The notes below the pieces were generated by a model. The model made no database searches and was not told the origin of the DNA. It saw only the letters and a program-made list of their open reading frames with translations. Shown here in pieces: positions 55,650 to 64,000 of a stretch of DNA of 64,000 bases. Position 1 is the first letter of the stretch. Every line of letters begins with the position of its first letter. The translations under genes and the position numbers were made by a program. The stretch comes from an uncultured Verrucomicrobiota bacterium (GTDB lineage: Bacteria > Verrucomicrobiota > Verrucomicrobiia > Limisphaerales > AAA164-E04): positions 3,260 to 67,259 of the forward strand of contig CAYPZD010000004.1 in assembly GCA_964415055.1 (NCBI GenBank). Direction: 5' to 3'.

Positions 55650-56513
55650 TCAACCCAGATCCGGGCTGGCAATGGCGTATTGCATGTGGGGATTACCTGC
55701 AGATGCATTGGATCCGAGATACATCCGGGTCAAGGTTCTCTGGATCGTAAAGCCATTCTTTTCAGCCCAGCGCCTGGCTGTCAGGTTTTGGTCGGGAATG
55801 TCCCAGAAGATTCGATAATTCTGATTCTTCAGGAAGTCGCATGTTATTAATTGAATAATGTGGTGAAAGGTTTTTTCGGTTTCGGCGATGACGGGGCCTA
55901 TCTGAAGGGCTTTGGCTCCGGTTCTTATGAATCCGAATCCCGAATTTAGTTCAGCAAACGAACAACTTTGTTTGGAGATTTCCCTTAGCAAATACTTTCT
56001 GGAAACACCAAAGGCAGATTGATCCAATCGAGATATTGCCTCCAGTATTGAATCTTCCAATTCTACTTTATTGTCAATGGAGTTGAGGGACGTGTGTGCC
56101 GCTGCGAGGTTGCTCCGTTCCCAACGGGAAAGAGTCCACTCGGGATTGAATCCCAGTGCTTCATACACACTTTGGCCTGCCGGGGTGGCATCAAGCTTGA
56201 TGCTGGGGATGCCAAGGTTTCGAAGGTGTTCGATGCACTTCTGCAATAATACCCGTCCAATGCCTTTGCGACGATGATTTGGATGCACCAGCACCATGCC
56301 GATCCATGCCACTTTGTTGTCGTAAGTGACCGTGGTCGCTGTGCCGACCGGATTGTTTTGGCATTCAGCAAGAAAACATCCCCTGGGTTCCATTCTGAGA
56401 AACCGCTCCCAGTCAGCAGGCAATTGATTCCAACCGGCGATGCGACGCAGGGAATCCGCAAAGGGAATATCAGAGCGACCCATTGTCCGGATCTGAAGTG
56501 TATCCACACTCAT
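55650..56513 (-). CDS. GNAT-family N-acetyltransferase with C-terminal YitH-like domain
   Basis: 287 aa. VAWIGMVLVHPNHRRKGIGRVLLQKCIEHL is the acetyl-CoA binding motif A. Confidence 0.85.
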   Translation of the reverse strand: MSVDTLQIRTMGRSDIPFADSLRRIAGWNQLPADWERFLRMEPRGCFLAECQNNPVGTATTVTYDNKVAWIGMVLVHPNHRRKGIGRVLLQKCIEHLRNLGIPSIKLDATPAGQSVYEALGFNPEWTLSRWERSNLAAAHTSLNSIDNKVELEDSILEAISRLDQSAFGVSRKYLLREISKQSCSFAELNSGFGFIRTGAKALQIGPVIAETEKTFHHIIQLITCDFLKNQNYRIFWDIPDQNLTARRWAEKNGFTIQRTLTRMYLGSNASAGNPHMQYAIASPDLG

Positions 56514-56543
56514 GATGAAGGGAATCGCTGGATGATGAGGGAT

Positions 56544-57887
56544 TCAATGAGAATCGTTCACTCTGGCATCTCCATCGGCCAACGCGGATGTCTTTAATTG
56601 TTTCAGCATATTGGCAACTCTTGTTGTTTCAATCCCGGCCAGGTTAAAACGTTCGCCTGGATCTTTCGTGATATGGAAGAGTTCGATGGTGTCCGAGGGT
56701 TTGCGGTTCGTTACGACCAGTTTCCAATGACCATGTCGAAGGGAACTTGCCCGCCAGTTCGGCGCCGCGCTGTAAATGAATCGTTCTGGCATTCCGGTGG
56801 TTTTTCCTTGCAGTAAATTCGACAAATCAGCGCCGTCCCATTTCAAATCTCCGGTGGAAGTGTATCCGGCGAGAGCGCAGAAAGTAGGCATCCAGTCGGT
56901 GATGTGGACAGGTGTGTCGTTTTTGCCGGAACGAATGTGCCCCGGCCATGAAACAAGTGTCGGTACTCGAGTGCCGCCTTCGTAGATGGTTCCTTTTTGC
57001 CCTCGAAGGGGAAGGTTGTTGCCGGGAAGTCGACCGTTGGGGCAGTTGTCGTCCGGATATTTAAGATCGTTGTTTTCTGCGGTGCTGCCACCGTTGTCGC
57101 TCGAGAAAATGAAAAGTGTATTCTCCCGTTTTCCAGTTTCTTCGAGTGCCTTCAACAACTTGCCGACGGAATCGTCCAGATGCATGACGCTGGCTGAATA
57201 GTGGCGACTGACTTCATCTGTGATCGATTCTGGAACGCGATTCACCCATTGAGCCGGTTCTTTTAAGGGAAGATGGACTGCCGTGTATGGAACGTAAAGA
57301 AAGAAGGGGGTATCGTCGCGCTGATGAATCCAATCCACCGCTTCCTGCGTGAGTAGATCGGTGACGTGTCCGTCTTCTTCGATCAGTTCACCATTGCGAT
57401 GCCAGGTAACGGTATAATCTCCCTTTTTGTAACGATGGTTCCAGGGGCTGATGCCGCCTGCCAGTGATCCGTAAGCATGATCGAACCCATAACGGTTCGG
57501 ACCCCATTCAGGTTTTGATCCCAGATGCCACTTGCCAATCAGGCAGGTGTCGTATCCACGTTCTGCGAGTGCCTTGGGTAACGTGGTGGTGTCCCAGGGG
57601 AGTCCGCGTGTGTTGATGGGAGTCGTGATGTTGAAACGACTCCAGTAACGTCCCGTGAGAAATCCGGAACGCGTCGGGCTGCAAACCGGTGCGACGTAGT
57701 GCTGAGTGAGTTCCAGGCCCTCATGTGCGAGTTGGTCCAGGTGCGGGGTGGGCGTGATGCCACCGTGAAAAGCTACGTCTCCCCAACCCAGGTCGTCTGC
57801 CAAGACAAAGACAATGTTGGGTGGCGCCGCATAGAGCCAGGTCAGTGAGGCAAGAATCGTTGTACAGATGATCAGCAGTTTTTTCAT
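56544..57887 (-). CDS. Secreted sulfatase (arylsulfatase family, formylglycine type)
   Basis: Signal peptide MKKLLIICTTILASLTWLYA. PNIVFVLADDLGWGD, the CSPTRSGFLTGR (C-x-P-x-R) motif, GKWHLG and DNGG. The ORF extension up to 58079 overlaps comM and is not considered coding. Confidence 0.92.
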   Translation of the reverse strand: MKKLLIICTTILASLTWLYAAPPNIVFVLADDLGWGDVAFHGGITPTPHLDQLAHEGLELTQHYVAPVCSPTRSGFLTGRYWSRFNITTPINTRGLPWDTTTLPKALAERGYDTCLIGKWHLGSKPEWGPNRYGFDHAYGSLAGGISPWNHRYKKGDYTVTWHRNGELIEEDGHVTDLLTQEAVDWIHQRDDTPFFLYVPYTAVHLPLKEPAQWVNRVPESITDEVSRHYSASVMHLDDSVGKLLKALEETGKRENTLFIFSSDNGGSTAENNDLKYPDDNCPNGRLPGNNLPLRGQKGTIYEGGTRVPTLVSWPGHIRSGKNDTPVHITDWMPTFCALAGYTSTGDLKWDGADLSNLLQGKTTGMPERFIYSAAPNWRASSLRHGHWKLVVTNRKPSDTIELFHITKDPGERFNLAGIETTRVANMLKQLKTSALADGDARVNDSH

Positions 57888-57957
57888 GGAATGGTCAGGT
57901 GATATCTCCATTCTTACACCAATTTTGACAAAACGACAACGGTGGATCCGTGGCTTG

Positions 57958-59484
57958 TCAGGTCCATATTTGTCGATCGAGTTCTCTGAATTGAATGGCT
58001 TCCATGATGTGTTCCGATGTGATGTTTTCCCTTCCGGCCAGATCGGCGATGGTGCGTGCGACTTTGAGGATGCGGTCATATGCCCGGGCGCTTAGTCCAA
58101 CATGCGACATGGCTTGTTTCATGAGTTCCAACGATGCCTCATCCAATACACAACATTCCTTCAGTGCCCGGGGTGTCATGCTGGCGTTGCATGAAATGTG
58201 GTGTTTCCCGGCGAATCGGTTGAGTTGAATATTGCGCGCCTGGATCACCCTGTGGCGGATTGTTTCGGAGTTTTCGCCTGATTGCATGCCCGAGATTTTA
58301 TCAAATGGCACGCTGGGGACTTCGATGTGCAGATCGATTCGGTCCAGCAGAGGACCTGAGATCCGGCCCAGATAGTTTTGGATTTCCCGGGGACTGCATC
58401 TGCTTTCGTCGGGCATTTTGCCATCGGGTGTCGGATTCATGGCGGCGATCAACATGAATCGGGCGGGGAAGGTAACCGTGCCCGCAGCGCGTGAAATGGT
58501 CACTTTACCTTCTTCCAGTGGCTGTCGAAGTGTTTCCAACACGCTGCGCCGGAATTCCGGCAGTTCGTCCAGAAAGAGCACTCCGTTATGTGAAAGGGAA
58601 ATTTCTCCGGGTGAAGGATGGACGTTACCCCCCAAAAGACCGGCATCGCTTGCGGTGTGATGGGGCGTGCGAAAGGGGCGGTGGGTGACCAATGCCTGAC
58701 CGGGCTCCAAAAGCCCGACAATACTGTGGATCTTGGTGGTCTCCAACGCCTCGTTGAGCGTCAAAGGCGGGAGGATGCCGGGAATCCGTTTGGCCAACAT
58801 GGATTTCCCGGTTCCAGGAGGTCCAATCAGCAGCACGTTATGTCCTCCAGCCGCCGCAATTTCGAGGGCTCGTTTGACGGATTCCTGACCTTTGACATCA
58901 CAAAAGTCCAGTCCTGGATCGATAGTTTTCCCGAGGAGCGTATCAAGATCCACCCGGCAAGGCGGGATGACCACTTCTTCTTCCAGAAAATAAACGGCTT
59001 CACGCAGGTTTTGGACAGGGATGACCTCGATGCCCTGGACGACGGCTGCTTCGTGTGCGTTTTCGATTGGCACGATGATGCCGCGCTTGCCTTCCGCTTT
59101 GGCGCGCAGTGCAATGGGTAGAATGCCTTTCACGGGCCGGACGGCGCCGGTCAAGGCCAGTTCGCCCACGATCATGTATTGAGGGAGCAAATTGGATTCC
59201 ATCTGCTCACTGGCTGCCAGGATGCCCATTGCGATGGGGAGATCGAAGCTGGGGCCCTCTTTTTTGAGGTCCGCCGGAGCAAGGTTGATGGTGGTGCGTC
59301 CCTGGGGAAAGCGGTATCCGCTGTTTGACATGGACGATCCCACCCGGTCGCGGGATTCGCGCACGGCTGCATCCGGAAGGCCGACGATCACGACACACGA
59401 GTCGCTGTAGCCGACGTGCACTTCCACTTCTACTTTAAAAGCCTCGATTCCACGAACCGAAGCCGCATCTATTTTTGCCAACAT
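57958..59484 (-). CDS. comM: YifB/ComM-family Mg-chelatase-like AAA+ ATPase
   Basis: 508 aa. Lon-protease-like N-terminal domain, LLIGPPGTGKSMLA, GVLFLDELPEF, and the C-terminal ChlI/Mg_chelatase_C domain (RAYDRILKVARTIADL). Confidence 0.95.
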   Translation of the reverse strand: MLAKIDAASVRGIEAFKVEVEVHVGYSDSCVVIVGLPDAAVRESRDRVGSSMSNSGYRFPQGRTTINLAPADLKKEGPSFDLPIAMGILAASEQMESNLLPQYMIVGELALTGAVRPVKGILPIALRAKAEGKRGIIVPIENAHEAAVVQGIEVIPVQNLREAVYFLEEEVVIPPCRVDLDTLLGKTIDPGLDFCDVKGQESVKRALEIAAAGGHNVLLIGPPGTGKSMLAKRIPGILPPLTLNEALETTKIHSIVGLLEPGQALVTHRPFRTPHHTASDAGLLGGNVHPSPGEISLSHNGVLFLDELPEFRRSVLETLRQPLEEGKVTISRAAGTVTFPARFMLIAAMNPTPDGKMPDESRCSPREIQNYLGRISGPLLDRIDLHIEVPSVPFDKISGMQSGENSETIRHRVIQARNIQLNRFAGKHHISCNASMTPRALKECCVLDEASLELMKQAMSHVGLSARAYDRILKVARTIADLAGRENITSEHIMEAIQFRELDRQIWT

Positions 59485-59656
59485 ATTGTCTGCCTTAAAA
59501 CGTTTGATTGTTTTCAGGCGATCCCGATCACAGATATGCAGGCTCTTCTTTCGCAGTGCGAATGGGGTGCAAAACCAACATGCAGGTTTCGTTCAAGGAC
59601 ATCAATTCGAAAATTCAACGTTGAGTTTGAGCGGACGCCCCTTATAAAGACCCCCT

Positions 59657-60601
59657 GTGTCATTGAATCAACAGAGTAACCTGAATGCCTCGACTTTGTA
59701 TGCGGCCGTGTATGGACATCCGATCCGGCACTCCGCTTCGCCTGCCATGCAGAACGCCGGAATCACCGATATGGGATTGAACTGGCGTTATCTGGCCTTT
59801 GACGTGGCGCCGGAACAATTGGATGTGGCGCTGGCAGGGGCCCGTTCCATGCGATTTGTCGGCCTGAACCTGACTGTTCCCCACAAATTGCTGGCCCTGG
59901 ACTGGGTGGATGAGGTGGATCCTGCCGCCAGGGAATGGGGAGCTGTCAATACGATCCGGTTCGAGGGGCAGTCTGGTGATGGTGAATGGATTCCTATCGG
60001 GCAGGCGGCTGACCCCACAGTATTTGAAACCATCCGCAGCGTCGGGTTCAACACGGATGCGGATGCGATTCTGCGTTCCATCAAGGAAGATCTCGAAATG
60101 GGACTCAAGGGAACCAAATGTGTCTTGCTGGGAGCAGGCGGGGCGGGGCGGGTGGCTGCTTTGAAGTTGGCGTCGGCAAAAGTCAGTCGACTGTATCTGA
60201 TCAACCGAACGCGTTCCAAATCCGAAGCGGTCGCCAGGGATATTCAGACCAAGTATCCGGAGGTGGAAGTCGTATTGGGCTATCCGAAGCAGGGAGAATC
60301 CATAGACCTTCTCCTGAATGCCACTTCTCTGGGGCTCAAAACCAGTGACGATCTGCCCGTGGATTTGGAAGCGATGAATCTGCGAAATGTCAACAGTGTC
60401 TACGACATGATTTATCAACCCGCTGAAACGGCCCTGCTCCAGGCGGCCCTCTCTTCTGGATGTCGAACTGCCAACGGCCTCGGGATGCTTCTGTATCAAG
60501 GCACTGCCGCGTTGGAAATATGGACCGGAAAACCGGCTCCGACTGAGGTGATGCGCGAGGCACTTCATGCTCATGTTTATGGGAAACCTTTGCTAGGTTG
60601 A
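59657..60601 (+). CDS. aroE: Shikimate dehydrogenase
   Basis: YGHPIRHSASPAMQNA, GLNLTVPHK, NTIRF, GFNTD, LLGAGGAGRAV-like (VLLGAGGAGRVAA), NRT, LLNATSLG, YDMIYQP. Confidence 0.9.
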   Translation: MSLNQQSNLNASTLYAAVYGHPIRHSASPAMQNAGITDMGLNWRYLAFDVAPEQLDVALAGARSMRFVGLNLTVPHKLLALDWVDEVDPAAREWGAVNTIRFEGQSGDGEWIPIGQAADPTVFETIRSVGFNTDADAILRSIKEDLEMGLKGTKCVLLGAGGAGRVAALKLASAKVSRLYLINRTRSKSEAVARDIQTKYPEVEVVLGYPKQGESIDLLLNATSLGLKTSDDLPVDLEAMNLRNVNSVYDMIYQPAETALLQAALSSGCRTANGLGMLLYQGTAALEIWTGKPAPTEVMREALHAHVYGKPLLG

Positions 60602-60621
60602 GGTGTTGGAATCCTTGAATC

Positions 60622-61770
60622 ATGAATGCGTTACTTGATCCCGAACGTTGGCAATACGTGCCGTTCCATTTCTGGTCGGTTGCCTGGTTCATTCTGGGCA
60701 GCATGGTGGGGAGTTTCCTGAATGTTTGCATTCACCGGATGCCCCGGGATTTGAGTGTCATTCACCCACCTTCCCATTGCCCCCACTGCGAATACCGGAT
60801 TCCATGGTATCTCAACATGCCCCTGATCACATGGCTGGTTCTGCGTGGAAGCTGTGCGCAGTGCAAAGCTCCCATCAGCTTTCGGTATTTCGCGGTGGAG
60901 CTTTTGACTGGATTACTTTTCCTTGGAACGTGGATGGTCATGGGGCCGGTGTCCACGGGGCTTGCGCTGGCCTACGCAACGATCCTTTCCGGGTTCGTCG
61001 TCGCGACGTTAATCGATTTCGAACATTTCATCATTCCCGATCAAATCACCTTGGGTGGAATCGGTGCCGGACTGGTGTTTTCCCTGGCGGTACCGGCTTT
61101 ACACAATGCTCCGGATCGATTGACCTCGGTTGAACGCAGTGCTCTGGGCGGCGTTGTAGGTTTCCTGTTGGTTTATGCCATTGTGCGACTTGGGAAACTG
61201 ATGTTTGGGAAAATGCACATCGAACTACCCGAATCCGCCAAATTGATATTTACCGAAACCTCCTTGGTCCTGCCTGACGAGGAAGTGCCTTATGAGGAAT
61301 TGTTTTATCGAAAATCAGATTGTATTCGATTCGAAGCCGATCGTCTGGAACTGGTGGATCGTTGTTATGCCGGAGTGAAGGTGAGCCTTTCTCAGAAGAA
61401 ATTGATCATCGGGGAGGATGTCTTAGCCCCGGAAGAGGTGCCACATATGGAGGCGGTTTGCCACGCCATCTCCTTGCCGCGGGAAGCGATGGGATTTGGG
61501 GACGTCAAATTCATGGGGGCAATCGGCGCGTTTCTCGGGTGGCATTCCACCTTCTTTTCGCTGATGATCAGTTCCATGATTGGCGCAGCCATCGGGGTGT
61601 CGCTGATCTTGATTGGAAAACGTGACTGGTCCAGCCGACTACCCTACGGGCCTTACATTGCTCTCGCTGCTGTTATCTGGATGTTCATGCCTGACGCCTG
61701 GCGCGAGGTCTGGGGGGGGCAACTGGATATGATGGCGGATACCATCACCGACGCGGTGCGCTCCAATTGA
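60622..61770 (+). CDS. Prepilin peptidase (A24 family) with ~90-aa cytoplasmic insertion
   Basis: 382 aa. Cys4 N-terminal domain (HCPHC...CAQC), first catalytic Asp in ATLIDFEHFIIPD, second in GFGDVKFMGAIGAFLGW. The two Asp residues are 162 residues apart. Confidence 0.88.
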   Translation: MNALLDPERWQYVPFHFWSVAWFILGSMVGSFLNVCIHRMPRDLSVIHPPSHCPHCEYRIPWYLNMPLITWLVLRGSCAQCKAPISFRYFAVELLTGLLFLGTWMVMGPVSTGLALAYATILSGFVVATLIDFEHFIIPDQITLGGIGAGLVFSLAVPALHNAPDRLTSVERSALGGVVGFLLVYAIVRLGKLMFGKMHIELPESAKLIFTETSLVLPDEEVPYEELFYRKSDCIRFEADRLELVDRCYAGVKVSLSQKKLIIGEDVLAPEEVPHMEAVCHAISLPREAMGFGDVKFMGAIGAFLGWHSTFFSLMISSMIGAAIGVSLILIGKRDWSSRLPYGPYIALAAVIWMFMPDAWREVWGGQLDMMADTITDAVRSN

Positions 61771-62077
61771 ACGGGCAAATGCAATGTGCCGAATGATCCC
61801 GGGTAAGGTGGAGGATTGGTTTTAGGCATTGAACGCGATAGCACGACGCTCTAGGGTTGCAGGAATCATGAGTGACTTACAATAGCGAGCAACCGGGATT
61901 TCGTTTCGTTCCCAGATAAACTTTGAAAGATCCGAAAACGTCATGAACCTGCTTTTTCCACATCATGCTCAGAGATGCTCCAAACGCCCTCTGGAGTGCG
62001 GTGTGCAGCACCGCTCTGGATTCAATCCATTTTCACCAGATCATCCCCAATTTACAAGCAACAGGCATAAGCTTGAA

Positions 62078-63559
62078 ATGCTGTCTCGTCTCCCCAAGTT
62101 TTCCCGGAGAACTCGGAGGATTGTCGCGTGTTCGGACGGCATTCAAAGTCCCGATAGATCAAGATACTCCATTGTAGCGCCAGGACTTTGGTCAGTGATG
62201 GTCTCCTTGTTATTATTCTTCGGCCTGAACTTTGCTCAGGCGGCCGGGAGTGAGACAGATTTAGCAAAGAGTGCCATGTCGGTGTTCAGAGATTCCTGTT
62301 TATCCTGTCATAACACGGAAAAGGCAAAAGGCGGGTTGATCATGGAGACTCGCGAGGCGCTCATACGGGGCAGCGACTCGGGAGAGGTCGTGGTGGATGG
62401 CAAACCGGAGGAAAGTTATCTGCTCGAAACGCTGACAGATCCGGGCGATGCCCACATGCCTCCCAAAAAGCAACTGGAAGAGACAAGCATTGCGCAATTA
62501 TCAGCATGGATTGAAATCGGCATGCCATGGGACAAGGAAACGTTGCAGAAATTACCCGATTTACAACCCCAGGAATGGGAACTTCAGAAACTGCCGAACA
62601 GTTACCGTCCGGTGCTGGCCATGGCTGCAAATGATACCAGGGATAGGATGCTTTCGTCTCAGGGTTCTGAATTGATCGTGACGCGTTTGGTCGATGACAA
62701 GCTGGAGCAGGTTCGACTTCCCACTGCCCACAAAGAATCTGTTCGGGCGGTCGCGGTGACTCCTGATGGGACGCAATGGGTGTCCGGTGGTTTTGGCCGT
62801 TTGATCTTTTGGGATGTTGAAACGCAGGAGATCATCAGGGAATGGTCTGAGGGGTTGAAAGGGCAGATCAATGCCATCACCTTCACGCGAGATGGTTCAC
62901 GCATGTTGGTCGCTGAGGGGATTCCCGGACTATACGGAAACATTCACGTTTATTCCGGTTTAGAAGCCCCCCCCGAGCGAACCTGGCAAGCTCACGCTGA
63001 TGAAGTGTTTGATATTCAGGAATCGCATGATGGCAGCTATTGGATGACGGCTTCTGCCGATCACACTGTTCGTATCTGGGAATCCGATTCAGGTATCGAA
63101 CAGGATTGGTTGGAGGGGCACAGCGCTCCGGTGATGGCCCTCGTAATGAATGGAGAAGGTTCTTTGCTGATTTCAGCCGGATCCGACAATGCCTTGAAAG
63201 TATGGGATATGAAATCCAGAGAACGACTCTTTGATTTAGGAAGGCGGCCCCAATACAGCTTTCTGGATGTTTGCTGGGAACCCGAGAAATCGCAGTTGTT
63301 TGCCATCAATCAAAAAGGGGATCTTTACCGCTACCTGGAGTTGAAGGAGCATACCGGGGCTCAGTCATCCAGTACAGGGAGCGAAAAAGTGATGGCTCGA
63401 ACCAAGAAACCGCTGTCCTGCCTGACTTATTGGGCGAGTCAAAAGAGCCTTGTTGTGGGGACGTTTGAAGGTGAACTGCAGGCTTTCGACCTGAACGGCA
63501 AAACCAAATGGACGCTGCCATCCTATGATTCGGGGCCGAATGATTTGGTGTCCCGCTGA
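62078..63559 (+). CDS. Planctomycete-type cytochrome c (PSCyt1) domain protein fused to WD40 beta-propeller
   Basis: The CLSCHNTEKAKGGL haem-binding-like motif follows a signal anchor (VMVSLLLFFGLNFAQA). WD40 repeats include HADEVFDIQESHDGSYWMTASADHTVRIWE and HSAPVMALVMNGEGSLLISAGSDNALKVWD. The ORF opens at 61943, so the start is uncertain (62078 or 62198). Confidence 0.8.
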   Translation: MLSRLPKFSRRTRRIVACSDGIQSPDRSRYSIVAPGLWSVMVSLLLFFGLNFAQAAGSETDLAKSAMSVFRDSCLSCHNTEKAKGGLIMETREALIRGSDSGEVVVDGKPEESYLLETLTDPGDAHMPPKKQLEETSIAQLSAWIEIGMPWDKETLQKLPDLQPQEWELQKLPNSYRPVLAMAANDTRDRMLSSQGSELIVTRLVDDKLEQVRLPTAHKESVRAVAVTPDGTQWVSGGFGRLIFWDVETQEIIREWSEGLKGQINAITFTRDGSRMLVAEGIPGLYGNIHVYSGLEAPPERTWQAHADEVFDIQESHDGSYWMTASADHTVRIWESDSGIEQDWLEGHSAPVMALVMNGEGSLLISAGSDNALKVWDMKSRERLFDLGRRPQYSFLDVCWEPEKSQLFAINQKGDLYRYLELKEHTGAQSSSTGSEKVMARTKKPLSCLTYWASQKSLVVGTFEGELQAFDLNGKTKWTLPSYDSGPNDLVSR

Positions 63560-63602
63560 TTCCGAGATCGACAAGCCATAAGATTTAAGTTACTCAGCAG
63601 TC

Positions 63603-64000
63603 ATGCGTATTTTATTCCTGAATGGACCTAACCTGAACATGCTGGGCTTGAGAGAGCCCGGCATCTATGGTTCGAAAACGTTGGGGGACATCGGCGATAC
63701 ACTCCGGGAACGTGCCAAGGAAACCGGTGTGGAGATAAATTTCAGGCAATCCAACCACGAGGGGGAACTTGTAACCTGGATCCAGGATGCGCGCGGGCAA
63801 TTCGATTTCATCGTTCTCAACGCCGGAGCTTACACGCACACCAGTATCGCCCTGCGTGATGCCATCTCTGCGGCGGAGGTGCCGACCCTTGAAATCCATC
63901 TTTCGAATATTCACTCCCGCGAATCCTTCAGGCACCAATCCATGATTGCACCGGTTTGTATCGGTCAAATAGCCGGTTTCGGTGAAGATTCCTATCATCT
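63603..64000 (+). CDS. aroQ: Type II 3-dehydroquinate dehydratase (3' end cut by window)
   Basis: Reading from ATG 63603 gives [30 protein letters not shown]...[14 protein letters not shown]...[16 protein letters not shown]...[15 protein letters not shown], which is canonical AroQ. It is not in the ORF track because no stop is reached; the track shows only the antisense ORF 63612-63998. Confidence 0.93.
   Translation, partial: MRILFLNGPNLNMLGLREPGIYGSKTLGDIGDTLRERAKETGVEINFRQSNHEGELVTWIQDARGQFDFIVLNAGAYTHTSIALRDAISAAEVPTLEIHLSNIHSRESFRHQSMIAPVCIGQIAGFGEDSYH

Noticed and set aside
57888-58079. 64-codon N-terminal extension of the sulfatase ORF overlapping the 3' end of comM
   Set aside because: A classic signal peptide begins at Met65 (MKKLLIICTT...). 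The extension is hydrophilic and overlaps a well-supported gene.
59660-60574. 304-aa minus-strand ORF antisense to aroE
   Set aside because: aroE motifs are clear on the plus strand. The antisense product is Arg/Gly/Ser-rich with no domain.
63612-63998. 128-aa minus-strand ORF, the only ORF the track lists at the window end
   Set aside because: The plus strand from ATG 63603 encodes a textbook type II 3-dehydroquinate dehydratase. The listed ORF is its antisense shadow.
1-64000. Search for tRNA/rRNA genes, transposases, integrases and phage genes
   Set aside because: No ORF shows DDE, tyrosine-recombinase or serine-recombinase motifs. The intergenic spacers are short, and none shows a tRNA-like T-arm/acceptor pattern that I could recognise.

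Overview
This is a gene-dense 64-kb chromosomal segment with about 48 protein genes on both strands. I found no rRNA or tRNA gene, CRISPR array, transposase, integrase or prophage remnant. The gene content points to a PVC-superphylum bacterium, most likely Verrucomicrobiota (inference). Supporting genes are a PSCyt1-type cytochrome-c/WD40 protein, a sulfatase plus an FGE-like gene, DUF1080 and GH97 genes, a BatA/MoxR operon, and a TGTTC-N4-GAACA operator. Recognisable housekeeping genes are dnaG, purH, gltB, gltD, yggS, yebC, fur, comM, aroE and aroQ. aroQ is cut by the window end and is missing from the ORF track.

The observations I rate highest:
1. A single 1547-codon ORF (9579-14222) fuses a DinB-type Y-family polymerase, with its catalytic acidic residues intact, to a full DnaE2-type error-prone Pol III alpha. 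A perfect LexA-type palindrome lies over its promoter and start codon.
2. An eight-gene, translationally coupled operon runs on the minus strand (21.0-34.5 kb). A MoxR/DUF58/BatA/vWA/coiled-coil core is extended by a secreted alpha/alpha-toroid protein and two tandem LamG-like paralogues.
3. A roughly 1300-aa hybrid sensor kinase is split by one in-frame TAG codon.
4. fur, with a Fur-box-like site on its own start, is followed by a small ORF and three tandem CNNM/CorC genes.
5. Two convergent PIN-toxin TA modules form a small accessory islet.
6. A prepilin peptidase carries an insertion of about 90 aa between its two catalytic Asp motifs.
7. A short phased ATCTGCG-type intergenic repeat family occurs at three loci, with a related CTGCG-type repeat at a fourth.

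All family assignments come from reading motifs in the translations. No database search was possible, and start codons are often uncertain.
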